A stretch of DNA of 63,567 nt, the filler included, from Stramenopiles sp. TOSAG23-6 (taxonomy: Eukaryota): the NCBI GenBank assembly GCA_900128565.1. It is 15 parts of 15 records of this genome, joined end to end, with 100 filler letters (N's around TTAATTAATTAA, not from the genome) between each part and the next. Parts side by side here need not be neighbours in the genome. Positions count along the whole stretch, not along the records: positions 34,057 to 38,198 come from LT637255.1; positions 38,299 to 42,435 come from LT637256.1; positions 42,536 to 46,671 come from LT637257.1; positions 46,772 to 50,904 come from LT637258.1; 11 more parts are not named here. One strand, 5' to 3'. The notes under the pieces were generated by a model. That model was not told the DNA's origin, searched no databases, and worked only from the letters and a program-made list of their open reading frames with translations. The stretch's first letter is position 1. Every line of letters begins with the position of its first letter. Both the position numbers and the translations under genes were made by a program. Of the stretch, positions 36,156 to 48,031 are shown in pieces.

Positions 36156-37122
36156 TCATTCAGTTTTTGCTTTCTGTTGCTTTTCACGAGAGTCCATATA
36201 GTCCATTAAACCAGTCCATAATACCGTAAATAACGTACCTTGTAGACCATTTGCGAGAATTCGAGTTTTTAAACCACGACCAAACAGACCAAACAAACCG
36301 TCTTTCTTAATAACCTCTCTTACAGCATCTGGATACGAAATTGGTCGAGTAAATGTCTGTTTTGTTGTCTTTGTAACCCGAATTGAGTTTGACACGCAAT
36401 CAGACACCACGNNNNNNNNCTGGTATTTTTTCTCTAAGTAAATTATAGGTTCCATACCATGGATAATGTCCGGCAAACGTTGCACCGCATGCTCCCAAAG
36501 AACCATGCCATAAGACTCTAGGTCCACCAACTTTGACTTTATTACCCAATTTAGAGAGTGCTCCTTTCCCTTCAACTTGCATCATCGTTTTACATGCATC
36601 AATCGGCATGAGTACAATACGCCATGATGCTGCTGCGGTAGAAGCTGCTACCGTCTTTGCTAAGGAAGGAAGATCTTTTGTCTGTGGTAGAGTGTTCATA
36701 ATAACATTCATGCCTTCGTTTGCAGCTGTATCTCCGAAACGAGAAAGTGGCCCTTGGAAAACTACACTTGTTGTTGTTCCATATCGGTATTGGTAGTTCA
36801 TTGTCGTTCGCATCCACATCAGTGAACCAACCTAAACTATGAAAAATATCGAAGACCCTGAAACAGACATGAGAAAGATTAACTTTACAAAATAAGAAAA
36901 AACGACGCTTTACAGCACCATTTGAAATCAGATGGAAATATTATAGATGTTAGGGGAAGTCGTGGGAACAAAAGTTAGGCTTCAAAAAGTTAAACGTACC
37001 TGAAGAAGCATGGCTACACTTCCAGCTGTGCCACCTCTAAGTGCCCTCTTTTTTGCATTTTCTAAAATTTGGTTCCAGTCTATTTGTTCCACTTCGCTTA
37101 CAGGAGATGGTAACTTTGACAT
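36156..37122 (-). CDS. Mitochondrial carrier (SLC25)-like protein; exon 1 37122-37000, exon 2 from 36831
   Basis: ALRGG.AG..AM.LQ|V.SLMWMRTTMNYQYRYG, QGPLSRFGDTAAN, MPIDACKTMMQV, SNSIRVTKT; frame break at an N gap. Confidence 0.9.
36832..36999 (-). other. Canonical GT-AG spliceosomal intron, not of the repeat family
   Basis: CTTCAG|GTACGT...ATAGTTTAG|GTTGGT; 168 nt, no family motifs, in frame. Confidence 0.9.
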
Positions 37123-37905
37123 GTTTATCTATTAATGGAGAAGAAAATTGAAGGTGGAATGCAAAATCATTCAACAGAGTTTGGAACGCCGGTGTCAATG
37201 CAGATTTTGAAGCAAATCAACCAATGCCGACAATTTCAAATTGATGTCGACGAAATCTTTTTTGAAAAATATCTTTCGAAAAAGAGTCAGTAAAAAAATA
37301 ATTTCTATCTATATATATACAACGATTTTATATTATCACTGATCATACTTGATCGGGATCATTTCTAGATTTATTTCTCTTACTGAACCCTCCCAAGTTT
37401 GACAAACTCTTCATGTCAGATGTGGAAGTATAGGTAGGGTCTGTAAGTGAGATGTCCGCTGCGAGGGGTCTGAAAATGACTCGTCGTAGGTAGATGACCG
37501 ACTCCCCATTTGCTACGCGCAAGTGCTGGATGCATGACCCTTGCCATTCCGAAGGCTACTATTTTTAGACCCCCTTGCTGATTTCAGACTTTTTTCATAT
37601 TTTTTTATATACCCAAACTTCACTGGTAAGGAAAATTGTACCAAATGTGGTATAGAGAAGGGTGCGTGGCAGAATTTCGACTGATATATGTGCCCTTTTG
37701 GCCTGGTGAAGTGGTTATAGTTGTTACAGCTTCACTTGTCCAAAGCCCGTGTTCGGATCCTCCTAAATCCGGCGTTTTTTTTTTTTTTTTTCGATTTTTT
37801 GAGATTCAGCACTGATGTCAATTGATACAACAGAAACACTGTGTCCTGGAAGTACCTGTAGTACGACACTGCTTGTACCTATTGTGCAACTATAATATCA
37901 CATCG

Positions 37906-38198
37906 ATGTTCCATTCTGTGGTTTGTGGACGTAATCTTTGTACGAGATATTACACTATGTCAGTACATCGTAACATCTTCACAAGTATTAGTATTCAAAG
38001 ATTTCATCTACGTTCAGCATGCCCAAACAAACCCATCGCAAAAAGTAAAAATATTCTTTTTAAGCAACATGCAAGGTTGTCTTCAAGTCGACCTCTGAAT
38101 AAGCGTTTTGAGGGAGGTGTTGCTGGTCGAGTTAGCTGGTTCCCTGGACATATGCACAAAGCCCAGAAACAACTCGCAAAGACTGTCCGACGAGTTGA
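37906..38198 (+). CDS. MTG1: Mitochondrial ribosome-associated GTPase (MTG1/RbgA family), N-terminus only
   Basis: Targeting-like leader followed by SWFPGHMHKAQKQL. Confidence 0.75.
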
Positions 38199-38389
38199 NN
38201 NNNNNNNNNNNNNNNNNNNNNNNNNNNNNNNNNNNNNNNNNNTTAATTAATTAANNNNNNNNNNNNNNNNNNNNNNNNNNNNNNNNNNNNNNNNNNNNTG
38301 GAAAAATATTTAAAAAAAAAAAACTTAAATTTGTTAGGTACAAAATTTTTATAAAAAAATAAATTCGAAATTGATAAAATAAAACGTAC

Positions 38390-41300
38390 ATATTTATGTG
38401 AGATCTAGCACGGGGATATGCCGATGATATTTAGTGAAAAAATATTTCGAAATATTATTTTTGTTAGTACGAAATTTTCATACAGTAAACAAATAAAAAT
38501 TAAAATTGATAATAAAAATTCGTTAGGTACGAAATTTCGTATGAAAAAAATTAAAATTGATAATAAAAACGTACATGGTCTACCCTGAACTTTTGTTGAA
38601 ATCTTCTGAGGAAATACAGGAATTATTCTAGTTTTATTTTTAGTATTTTTAGTATATGCTGATGAAGGCCTCTTATCTTTGATTGGGATGCGTTCCCTAG
38701 AAGAAAAAGTGTTTGTGGTAGATGAAGTATGTATTTTGGAAAAATATTTCAAAAAAAAATCGTTAGGTACAAAATTTACTATAAAACAAAATTCGAAATT
38801 GAAAAAAAAAAAAATACATTTCTACTATTATATCTCGGATGCGCTGAGACTGGTCTATTTCTTCTAGATCGAGCTCTTTCGACAGCTGATGTATTTTGGA
38901 AAAATATTTCAAAAGAAAATTCGTTAGGTACAAAATTTCGTACGAAAAAAAAATTCGAGTTTGAAAAAAAATAAAACAAACATGATCGTGCAGTAGTTGA
39001 TCGTACAAGTCCATAATCATCATTGTTATTTGTGTTTTGCATGTATTGTGAAAAATATTTTTTTTGTAAAATTTGTTAGGTACAAAATTTCGTATGAAAA
39101 AATTTCTTAGGTACGAAAATTAATGTTGAAAACGTACATGAATTTCTTGTGTTGTGAAATCTTTGTCTTGTACGTTTCTTCTATCGCTATGTATTTTGGA
39201 AAAATATTTCAAAAAAAAAACTAAAATTTGTTAGGTACAAAATTCCGTACGAAAAACAATTTCGAATTTGAAAAAAAGTAAAACATACATATCAATCTTT
39301 TCTCCCAACATACCACGTGCTTTTTTGAGTAAATTAGCAGAATTATTTGATATTCGATATACATCATTTTCATCATCATCGTCATTAGGGTTAGGGATTG
39401 GGTGCACATCAATTTTACTCTTTTGTGATGTATTGTTTATGTCCGTGAATGCTTCCTTAGAACCAGTGACGTCATACGATGGATTTTCATGTTTTTCATC
39501 GTTACCATTGTTACCCCTATTCCTGTTGTATTTGTAGAAACCATTTACAGTAATATTTGACATATTTGGAGACTTGGTGCGATGTAAAGGAGCTGTCATT
39601 GGTCGGGAACGACGAAATTCTGAATTATTATTTCGAGATACACATGTATTGTGAAAAAAAAAATATTTTTTTTTGTTAGGTACGAAATTTCGTATGAAAA
39701 AAAAATCGAAATAGAAATTAAAAAAAAAAACGTACTGAGCGCTAATTGACTTTGTGCAAGGTTAGCTTCAAGTTCATTATTCCTACCTTGTAATATTTTC
39801 TGTCGTATATTCGTTTTAGCTACTCTTTTTTGCATTTGTTCAACTTCTACTCTTTGTTTTGATAATTTCGATTTCCAAAAAGCGAGATAATGTATTTTGG
39901 AAAAATATTTCAAAAAAATCTAAAAAAAAATGTTAGGTACAAATTTTCGTACGAAAAAAAAATTCGACTTTTTTGTAAAAAAAAAAATAAAACATACATG
40001 TTCGTTACTATTTGCAATTACTTTGACTTCTGCAGCAGAAAGTGGTCTTGCCCCAGAAAGTCTCTGTTTCAAATTGTTTCTAGGATTCTTTATTTTACTC
40101 ACACTATTGCTTTCATCGGACTCCAAAGTTTCCATCTCTGCCTTTCGTCTTTCCTTTTCAGCCCGTGTATTTTGGAAAAATATTTCAAAAAAAAAAAACT
40201 AAAATTTGTTAGGTACAACATTTCGTACGAAAAAAAATCGAATTTGAAAAAAAAATAAAACATACGTACTGCTGCAGCCTTTCGACGTGCCTTTAAGACA
40301 CCCAGTTCCTTGCGCAGGCTTGCTGTTAACCTTGTTTCTTTTGTTAGTTGTTGCGTACATTTCTTCATCTTTGCTTGTAACACATTTACTTGTTTCTTCA
40401 ACCTTTCAGCAAGTTTTTCTGCACGAAGTCTTTTTTTTTCGGCAATGGATACACGATTAGCTTTCAAGTTAAACCGAAACGATCGAATAGTTTCCTTTGC
40501 TTGATGAAGTTTACTTGCAAGCTTTGCATTTTGAGCTTCTATCATTGGAAGTTTAGATAAATCCACTTCATACCCTCGAAGCTCTTTATTTTGAGCCACA
40601 CGAAGTCTATGCAATTCTGTGGCGTTTTCTATTTTAAGACTCTTTATTTCATCTTTTAGTTGTGGTATTTCCTTCTGCTGACAAAGGACAAGCTCTTTCT
40701 GTTTCTGGACTTGTTTGACCAATTGTTCCAAGATATCCTGATGAGCTTTGTCTTGAGTTCTGCTTTTTTTTTCAACCTTGGACAGAGCGTCTTCCGCAAG
40801 CTTGGTCCGTTTTCGATAATTTTCGGTTGCTTCTAAAGATTTCGAAAGTTTTTCCTGAATACTTTGTATATCTGCTGTGGAGTTATCAATGCTATTACGT
40901 AATCTACGAGTATGTTTTTCGTGTCGTTCAACAACAGCCCCAGTGTAGTTACGCCTCCAACGTTCCCGTGCTTGTTGGACCTGAGGTCGAACCACATCTA
41001 AAAAGTCGTCTTTTGACATTGCTGCTGCAGACTCTTCTACTAAATTTATTGATGTATCCAACTCTAATATTTCATGCAAAACTTCAAGACCACGTTCACA
41101 TCCCATTATCCTGTTTTCTAGACTAAACTTTTGTCTTTGTGCCACTTTTTTCTGAGTGTTTGCCACATCGCGCTCTTTCGAGACTATTTCAAGTTGTTTA
41201 CGGAGTTTTTTTACTTCTTTTTGTAGTTGATCCGAAATTGTAGACTTTGTTGGTTTTTTTTCTTCAAAAGACTCGCTGTTTTCTTGTACTCCTAAATTAA

Positions 41301-41475
41301 TACTTGATGATGCAATACTTGCAGAAGCATCACTTTTATCTTGAATAGCGTCAGCTTGGAGAATTACCGGAATGGGTGTTGGTAATGTTGAATGTATTTC
41401 TTTCTCCGTTATTGATACTTTCTTCTTCTTTGATACCTTTTTCTTCTTCTTTCCATTTATTGATGTCCTTGGCAT
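38390..41475 (-). CDS. Coiled-coil protein with many short exons separated by about 9 family introns, partial
   Basis: Long first exon 41475-40266, then mostly short exons; RP.SA motifs. Confidence 0.7.
40165..40265 (-). mobile_element. Introner-like intron, GT...AC, with AC direct repeat
   Basis: GCAGTAC|GTATGT...CCAAAATACAC|GGGCT gives AVRAEKE. Confidence 0.8.
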
Positions 41476-41675
41476 AATGAATAATATAAAGAAACAACGT
41501 CCTCAACTCAACTGACTTTAGTATTTTGTTATGAAATTCAAAAAGTCCAATTTTGGGAATGCATCTCTTTTGTTACATGTAACCGTTTTTCAACCGTTAA
41601 AAAAATATAAATTAAGAAAATAAATTAGAAATTCAAAAAAACGTTTATTGTACACGACTACAATCATTTTTGAAA

Positions 41676-42375
41676 TTACATTCGTTGAACACCAGATGTT
41701 CTGCGTCCAAACAAATGTATTTGGTCATCTAATGGTGATTTAATTTTTCTTCGCGATATTGCTTCAAAACTAAGAGCAAGAATATTTCGTGTAGATTCAA
41801 TATCAATGATTCCGTCATGTATTGTATGAAAATATCTTTAGAAAAAAAATGTTAGGGTTAGGGTTAGGATTTTTGTACGAAAATATTTTTAGAAAAAAAT
41901 TGAAAGTGAATGTTGAAAGCATACATCCCATAAACGACCTGTGGAATAAAGAGCACTTCGAACATTGCTCTCTATATGTTCTTCTTCAGTTTTGTTATTG
42001 TTTTTCTCATTTGCTTTCATTATTTTTGCTGTTTTTTCAGAACTAATTGAGGCATGTATTTTGGAAAAATATTTCAAAAAAAAAATCGTTAGGTACAAAA
42101 TTTTTATAAAAAAATAAATTAGAAATTGAAAAAAAATAAAACATACATTTGGCCACATAAACAGAAATGAGGGACTCATCCCTCTACCTGACATGATAAA
42201 AGTATTGTGAAAAAATATTTTTTTTGTTTTTACTTTTTTAGTAAAAAAAAATCGTTTGGTACAAAATTTTGTATTTAAAAAAAGAAATTCCCATGAAAAC
42301 GTACAATTACCACTTCCAACACTTTCTCCGATAATTAATGTAATTTTCGGTATTCGAACCGTCGCTACTGCGCTC
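41676..42375 (-). CDS. MCCC2: Methylcrotonoyl-CoA carboxylase beta-like, C-terminal part (exons 42375-42305, 42199-42147, 42053-41925, 41816-41676)
   Basis: PKITLIIG.S.GSGNFIMSGR..SP.FLFMWPNASIS...YSTGRLWDDGIID...TR..L...GVQRM*. Confidence 0.88.
41817..41924 (-). mobile_element. Non-canonical intron GT...AT in MCCC2
   Basis: TGGGAT|GTATGC...CAATACAT|GACGGA restores WD|DGIID exactly. Confidence 0.92.
42054..42146 (-). mobile_element. Non-canonical intron GT...AT in MCCC2
   Basis: CCAAAT|GTATGT...CCAAAATACAT|GCC restores WPN|ASIS. Confidence 0.92.
42200..42304 (-). mobile_element. Non-canonical intron GT...TT in MCCC2
   Basis: GGTAATT|GTACGT...CACAATACTT|TTATC restores GNFIMSGR (family GNYGMCGR). 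Confidence 0.9.
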
Positions 42376-42535
42376 ATGGATTTTGGAAAAATATTTCAAA
42401 AAAAAATCGTTAGGTACAAAATTTCGTACGAAAAANNNNNNNNNNNNNNNNNNNNNNNNNNNNNNNNNNNNNNNNNNNNTTAATTAATTAANNNNNNNNN
42501 NNNNNNNNNNNNNNNNNNNNNNNNNNNNNNNNNNN

Positions 42536-44456
42536 TTATACCATTTATATCATTAGGGTTAGGGTTATCATTAGGGTTAGGGTTATCATTATCATTCATA
42601 TTATTAGGGTTAGGGTTATTATTAGGGTTTATATCATATATATCTGTATCTATATTTGTAACTGATGAATTTTGAATTGTTGTACCTTTTTGTTTTTGAT
42701 TTTCGTCTTGTGCTGAAAAAACTGAATTCGTAGTTAATTTCGTACCTAATGGAATTGTCTGTTCTGCTTGTTTAATTAGTTTATCATTTTTTCTTTCTAT
42801 TTGATTGTATTTATCAATTTCAACATCTTTAATTATTTCATCATTTTTTTCTTCTATTTGATTGTATTTATCAATTTCAACACCTTTAATTATTTCATCA
42901 TTTTTTTCTTCTATTTGATTGTATTTATCAATTGCATTTTGAACCCTTTTTTCTGCTGCTGTTAATCCATTTTCATTTTGATTTTGATTTTCATTATGAT
43001 TTTGATTTTGATTTTCATTATAATTTTCATTTTGATTTTCATTATGATTTTGATTATAATTTTGATCTAAATTTCGTAATAATTCCAGTGTATTTTCTAC
43101 AACAGCATTATATTCTTCACCATCAAAAAATGAATCATCTAATATTGATGAAGAATCAGAATCATCTTCCAATGTAGAAGTGGCAGAATCAACAACGCCA
43201 ACATTTAATGTATTTTGTAAAAATATTTCAAAAAAATTTTTGTTAGGTACAAAATTTCGTACGAACAATAAATTGGAATTTGAAAAAAAATAAAACATAC
43301 ATTGTTCTGCAATTTCTGAAATTTTATTTGTCATACTACTTGTTGTTGTTGTTGTTGCTGTTGTTACTGTTGTTGTACTAGTGGTAGTTGGAGTAGACAT
43401 ATCCTGTATTGATGTTTTGGATATTTTGTTTTTTATTTTTTTTTCAAGATTTTGTTCATTTATTTTTTTTGTTGAAAGTATTTTGTCATTCGAAGAAAAT
43501 TGATTATTATCAAGGCACTCATTTGCAAATCTAGAATTGAGATTTTTTGTGAGTGTGAATTCAATATTACTGACATCAAATTGAGATGATTCTAATTTTG
43601 ATTCTAACTCTGCAAATAATTGAGCCAAATGATTTCTTTTCCATTTTGAAGAAGATTTCGTGTTTTTTTCATCCTTTTTTTTTTGAAATGGCGTTTTTGT
43701 TGATAACAGTTTCGTATTTTTTTCAATATTCTGATCATTTCCCCCATTGTGTATACTATTTCTAGTAGTAGTAGTAGCAGTAGTAGCACTATTAACCGTA
43801 GTAGTATCAAGGGAATTGGTATGATTTGATAGTTTTGTATAATTTATATTTTGTTTTTCTTGTTTTTGATACAATGTACTAGGGTTAGGGTTGGGAGGTG
43901 ATCGTAGAGACATTGGAATAGATGCAAATGAAGAAGGTGAACCTCTTGATGCATTAAGGAATGATTTCGATAACCATGATTTCACTAAAGACCCTTCATC
44001 AATCAGAGATACTACTTTTTCATTATTTTGATCATTTCGTGTTTCTTGGAATTCCATACTCAAGGTAGGGTTAGGGTTAGGCGTAGATAATCCACTATGA
44101 GTTGTAGTAGGGTTAGGTTTAGACATTTGTACACCTCCTAGAATTGGTGATAAAATATTATTACCAAAAATATCTGGACGATTTTCATCATTAGATTGTT
44201 TTTTAACTTTTCGACGTACTTTATTCACTAAACTAACCATTCTACGTATTTTTTCTTCTTTTTTCGTGTCATCTCGATTGGCTAAAAAATAACGTTGTAA
44301 TTGAACATTTGGTGATTCTTCCCTCCACACAACCCCACCACGTGCACCGGCTAGATTATGATTCATAGTATTTATAACATTTACGTTTGATTTATTACCA
44401 TTTTGGGACAACGATTCGACATCTTGTCGTGGTGTTAACGTTACCATTTTGCCCAT
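42536..44456 (-). CDS. Low-complexity N/T/K-rich hypothetical protein, partial; in-frame family intron at about 43208-43300
   Basis: 658-aa ORF with internal repeats and NPNP tracts. Confidence 0.6.
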
Positions 44457-45346
44457 TTTGTCCTTTTTGAGAAGAGATTTAGAAGAAACAGTGTCACGTT
44501 GTCCTTTTTTTCTCGATTGAATTGGAACATCCTGTTTTGCCCGTGGTTTACTTGTATTTGATGCTTTAGTGGCGTGCTGTTTTTCTATCGATAAAATTTG
44601 GGCGTTGGAGGCGTTTGGTGTTTTAGAACTAGACTGTTCTATAGTGTATAAGTTATTTCTAGGTTTCTTATTTCTGATTGGTGTTGTTTTGAATGTAGAA
44701 GGGTTGTGTGGAGGGAAGAATCACCAAATGTTCAACGAGATTTCGTTCGAGTAGTAGTTGCAAGAGCCTTTGACTTTCGAACATTACATTTTGGTTTTGA
44801 TTGTGGTTGTTCAGTAGATGAGTGAAAATATTTTGCTATAGACTCTTCATTTGAACATATTTTGGGCATTGCAAGATTTGAATTTCTACGAATTCTTTAA
44901 CAATCAAAAAGCTTTATTATTTGAAATGAATGTAACCTTTAATCAATTCATGTGAATAGAATGACAGAATAGATTAAATGTCTCCACCAATAAATAAAAG
45001 AACAGCGATTTATTGAGCGTACCACAGTCTTCCTTTTTTGGGAGAAGTTCCAAGGTTGCTTTTTGATCAAAAATCAATCAAAAAATGCATCTCAAATCTA
45101 AATCAATCATCAAAAATTTCGATTGGATTGGATTTCGAAATTTGGTTCAGATTTCGTGTCGACGTGTGATAATTTGGCGGTCTCTTGCGGAAGGACACGT
45201 GGTCGGTTGTTCGGTCGGAACTGGCCGTCCTCGGTATCTGTTGTTCCGCATAGTTGTTCTTTGTTAGAGCATTTTTTAGCAGATAGACCCGACCCATACC
45301 CGTCTGTGCACGTGATTTGAGATTGGATACGATACAAAAATACACC

Positions 45347-46666
45347 ATGAAAGTAATTGCGCTACTGCTGTCTTTTTGTATTCATTACGCAATATCGGGG
45401 GAAACAAACGAGAAACATGTAAGAGAAACGTATGGACATCTTTTCACAATTGTAGAACACAGCTTTCAAAGTGGTTCAGTATCTGAAGTATATCTTGCAA
45501 CTGATATAAAGACAAAACAGAAAGTAGTACTGAAATTGTGCCGTTTCAAAGATCAAGAGTGTACTCGGGATTTAGTAAAGCGAGTGTTGGAGCCAAGAGA
45601 AGGACCTGTTTGGAATTTGGATGGAACTCAAGTTGAAAATTCGGATGGTAAGCTTCGACTTGAAATGGTGCCGGGGAAAAATATAAAGGAGGAATTCGAA
45701 ATTGAGTACGACGCTATGAACGCACTAAAAGATTGTAAAAATGTAATTGGAATTACTAATCTCCGCGGCTATGACGAATTAAGGGATGCACATGGTGTCC
45801 GTATAATTGCAACGGATTACTATGAGACTGGGGATCTAAAGTCTGCCAAGATTCCCGACTTGGATAAGGTTGGCCTTCTTCCAGATATAGCGGAAGGTCT
45901 ACACTGCATGCACCAAGAAAACTGGGTTCATATGGATGTAAAAGAAGATAACATTTTTATTAAAAAAGACGATAACGGCGGATACATTGCATTACTTGGA
46001 GATCTTGGTCTTGCACGTAAANTACATGAACAAGAATATAATGGGAAAACCTATATGGTTGATGAGAAAGGAAAACGACCAAGGAAATCAAATTTTTTGA
46101 AGTGGTTATTATCTCGGTTCGAAGCTGCCAATGCCACAAACGCTCCAATACAAAGATTCGATAATAAAAGCTTTGCATTTATAATCTTTGAAATCTTAAT
46201 TTCAATAGCAAACCGTGAGTTTGTTCTTGATAAACATTTCGTTGATCCCTGGGCCAAAACAGAATATGGAAAGTTCTTAAACGGGTCTCGCAAATTGGAA
46301 TGGGTACTCAACTTGTGTTCAAAACGCGTTCTTAACGACGACACCCGAGTTAAGGTTGCAATAAACATTTTCGAAAAACTTACAAAAACGGAAATACCAG
46401 AAGACTTTGGTGAAGCTGAGTGCAAGATATTACCATCACCCAGACCACTACCAACCCTCAGTGAAGACGAGAAAAGATTTTTGATGGATATATGCCCAGA
46501 TAAACACAATCCAAAAGTTTTAATTGGTGGTGATGATGGTGTTCTTAAACCAGCAACACCACCAGCAACACCACCAGCTGCAACACCACCAAATGGAAGT
46601 AGTATTAATGTGATTGGTTTTGTGTCTGTGCTTGTTCCTATTATTCTTTCCTACTTTCTTCAGTAA
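45347..46666 (+). CDS. Protein kinase-fold protein with signal peptide and hydrophobic C-terminal tail
   Basis: SGSVSEVY, VVLK, HMDVKEDNIF, LGDLGLA; N-terminal MKVIALLLSFCIHYAISG. Confidence 0.85.
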   Translation: MKVIALLLSFCIHYAISGETNEKHVRETYGHLFTIVEHSFQSGSVSEVYLATDIKTKQKVVLKLCRFKDQECTRDLVKRVLEPREGPVWNLDGTQVENSDGKLRLEMVPGKNIKEEFEIEYDAMNALKDCKNVIGITNLRGYDELRDAHGVRIIATDYYETGDLKSAKIPDLDKVGLLPDIAEGLHCMHQENWVHMDVKEDNIFIKKDDNGGYIALLGDLGLARKXHEQEYNGKTYMVDEKGKRPRKSNFLKWLLSRFEAANATNAPIQRFDNKSFAFIIFEILISIANREFVLDKHFVDPWAKTEYGKFLNGSRKLEWVLNLCSKRVLNDDTRVKVAINIFEKLTKTEIPEDFGEAECKILPSPRPLPTLSEDEKRFLMDICPDKHNPKVLIGGDDGVLKPATPPATPPAATPPNGSSINVIGFVSVLVPIILSYFLQ

Positions 46667-46772
46667 GAAATNNNNNNNNNNNNNNNNNNNNNNNNNNNNN
46701 NNNNNNNNNNNNNNNTTAATTAATTAANNNNNNNNNNNNNNNNNNNNNNNNNNNNNNNNNNNNNNNNNNNNA

Positions 46773-47910
46773 CATCGATGAAGTACAAGATTTCACTGCA
46801 GCTGAACTTGCATTGATCTTTCTTGCGGTTGGATGTAATCCAGAAGCAGTAACAGTCGCTGGTGATGAAGCTCAACAAGTAAATGCGGATGTAGTTTTTC
46901 GATTTAGCGACGTAAAAGATGTCATGAATATGGCTGTGAACTTTAACAGCCGCGGTAGCAAACACACGAGTAAAATTTCAGAAAAACCAGAAATATTGGT
47001 GGAAAATTTACGTACGCATTTGGGAGTGCTCAAACTAGCAAACCACTTTATTGATCTTCTGAAAACGCACTTTCATTTAGAAAATATATTACCAGAAACA
47101 ACAGAAAATCCAGGTGATCCACCAGAGACATGGGCAACAAGTGTAGAACAGCTTCTAGTAGAATTAGGTGAACAATCTAGCGCAGTTCTTCTCTTTACAG
47201 ATGACGCGGCGAAAGAAGCCTTTCGTGATACTCAAGCATTTAAGGATGCTGAAAATAGTGCATCCATTACAACATTGACTATACTCCAAGCAAAAGGTCT
47301 TGAATGGAAGAACGTCGTTCTTGTTAATTTCTTTTCATCGTCGGAGATTAAATGGCACAGTATGTTAAAAAATCCTAGTTTTGGTCCCAGGGAAGAACGT
47401 ATATTAAAAATGATCTATACTGGAATAACACGATGTCAAAGTCGTCTTTTCATTGTCGAAGTGAATGCAAATTCAAATTCTCGTTCAGCATTCAAGCAAA
47501 TGGCAACATATACAGCTGTATACCATCGGTCGACTGAAGCACCAAGATCAAGATTAAACAACTTACAGATGTCAATATGTGGAATGATTAAACGTGGTAT
47601 ACAGTTAATCAAAATGGCTCAGTGCAGTGATAATAATCCAAGCCAGTTATTCTCACAAGCTATCACCATGTTTACTCTAGCAAAGAGAAATGATTTAGTT
47701 GAGAGAGCAAAAGCCACAAAAGCGTGTCTAAATCATTCTCTCAAATTTACCAGTGAGGAACAACTTGCTTCATTTGTAAATAGTTGTATTCAAAGTGGTA
47801 TGTACCGACGCGCAAAAGAACAAATGGGAAAGTGGTTTGAAAGGATGGAAGTAAGTACACATGTAGAGTATTTGAAAACTATTGAACAGAAGATTCCAAG
47901 TATATCGTAA
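46773..47910 (+). CDS. UvrD-like SF1 helicase (TRANK1-like), 3' part
   Basis: IDEVQDFT, AGDEAQ, NLRTH.G, LTILQAKGLE, YTGITR. Confidence 0.85.
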
Positions 47911-48031
47911 AAATAATGTATAAATTAATTTGTAAATAAAAAGAAATTGTAATGGCGGCACGAACCACAAACATTTTTTACTCAATTTAGATATTACATT
48001 TCAAAAAAAAAAAAAAAAAGATATTTAAAGT

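Noticed and set aside
38299-40265. CRISPR-like repeat-spacer array
   Set aside because: The repeats vary in length and the spacers are in-frame exons of one gene.
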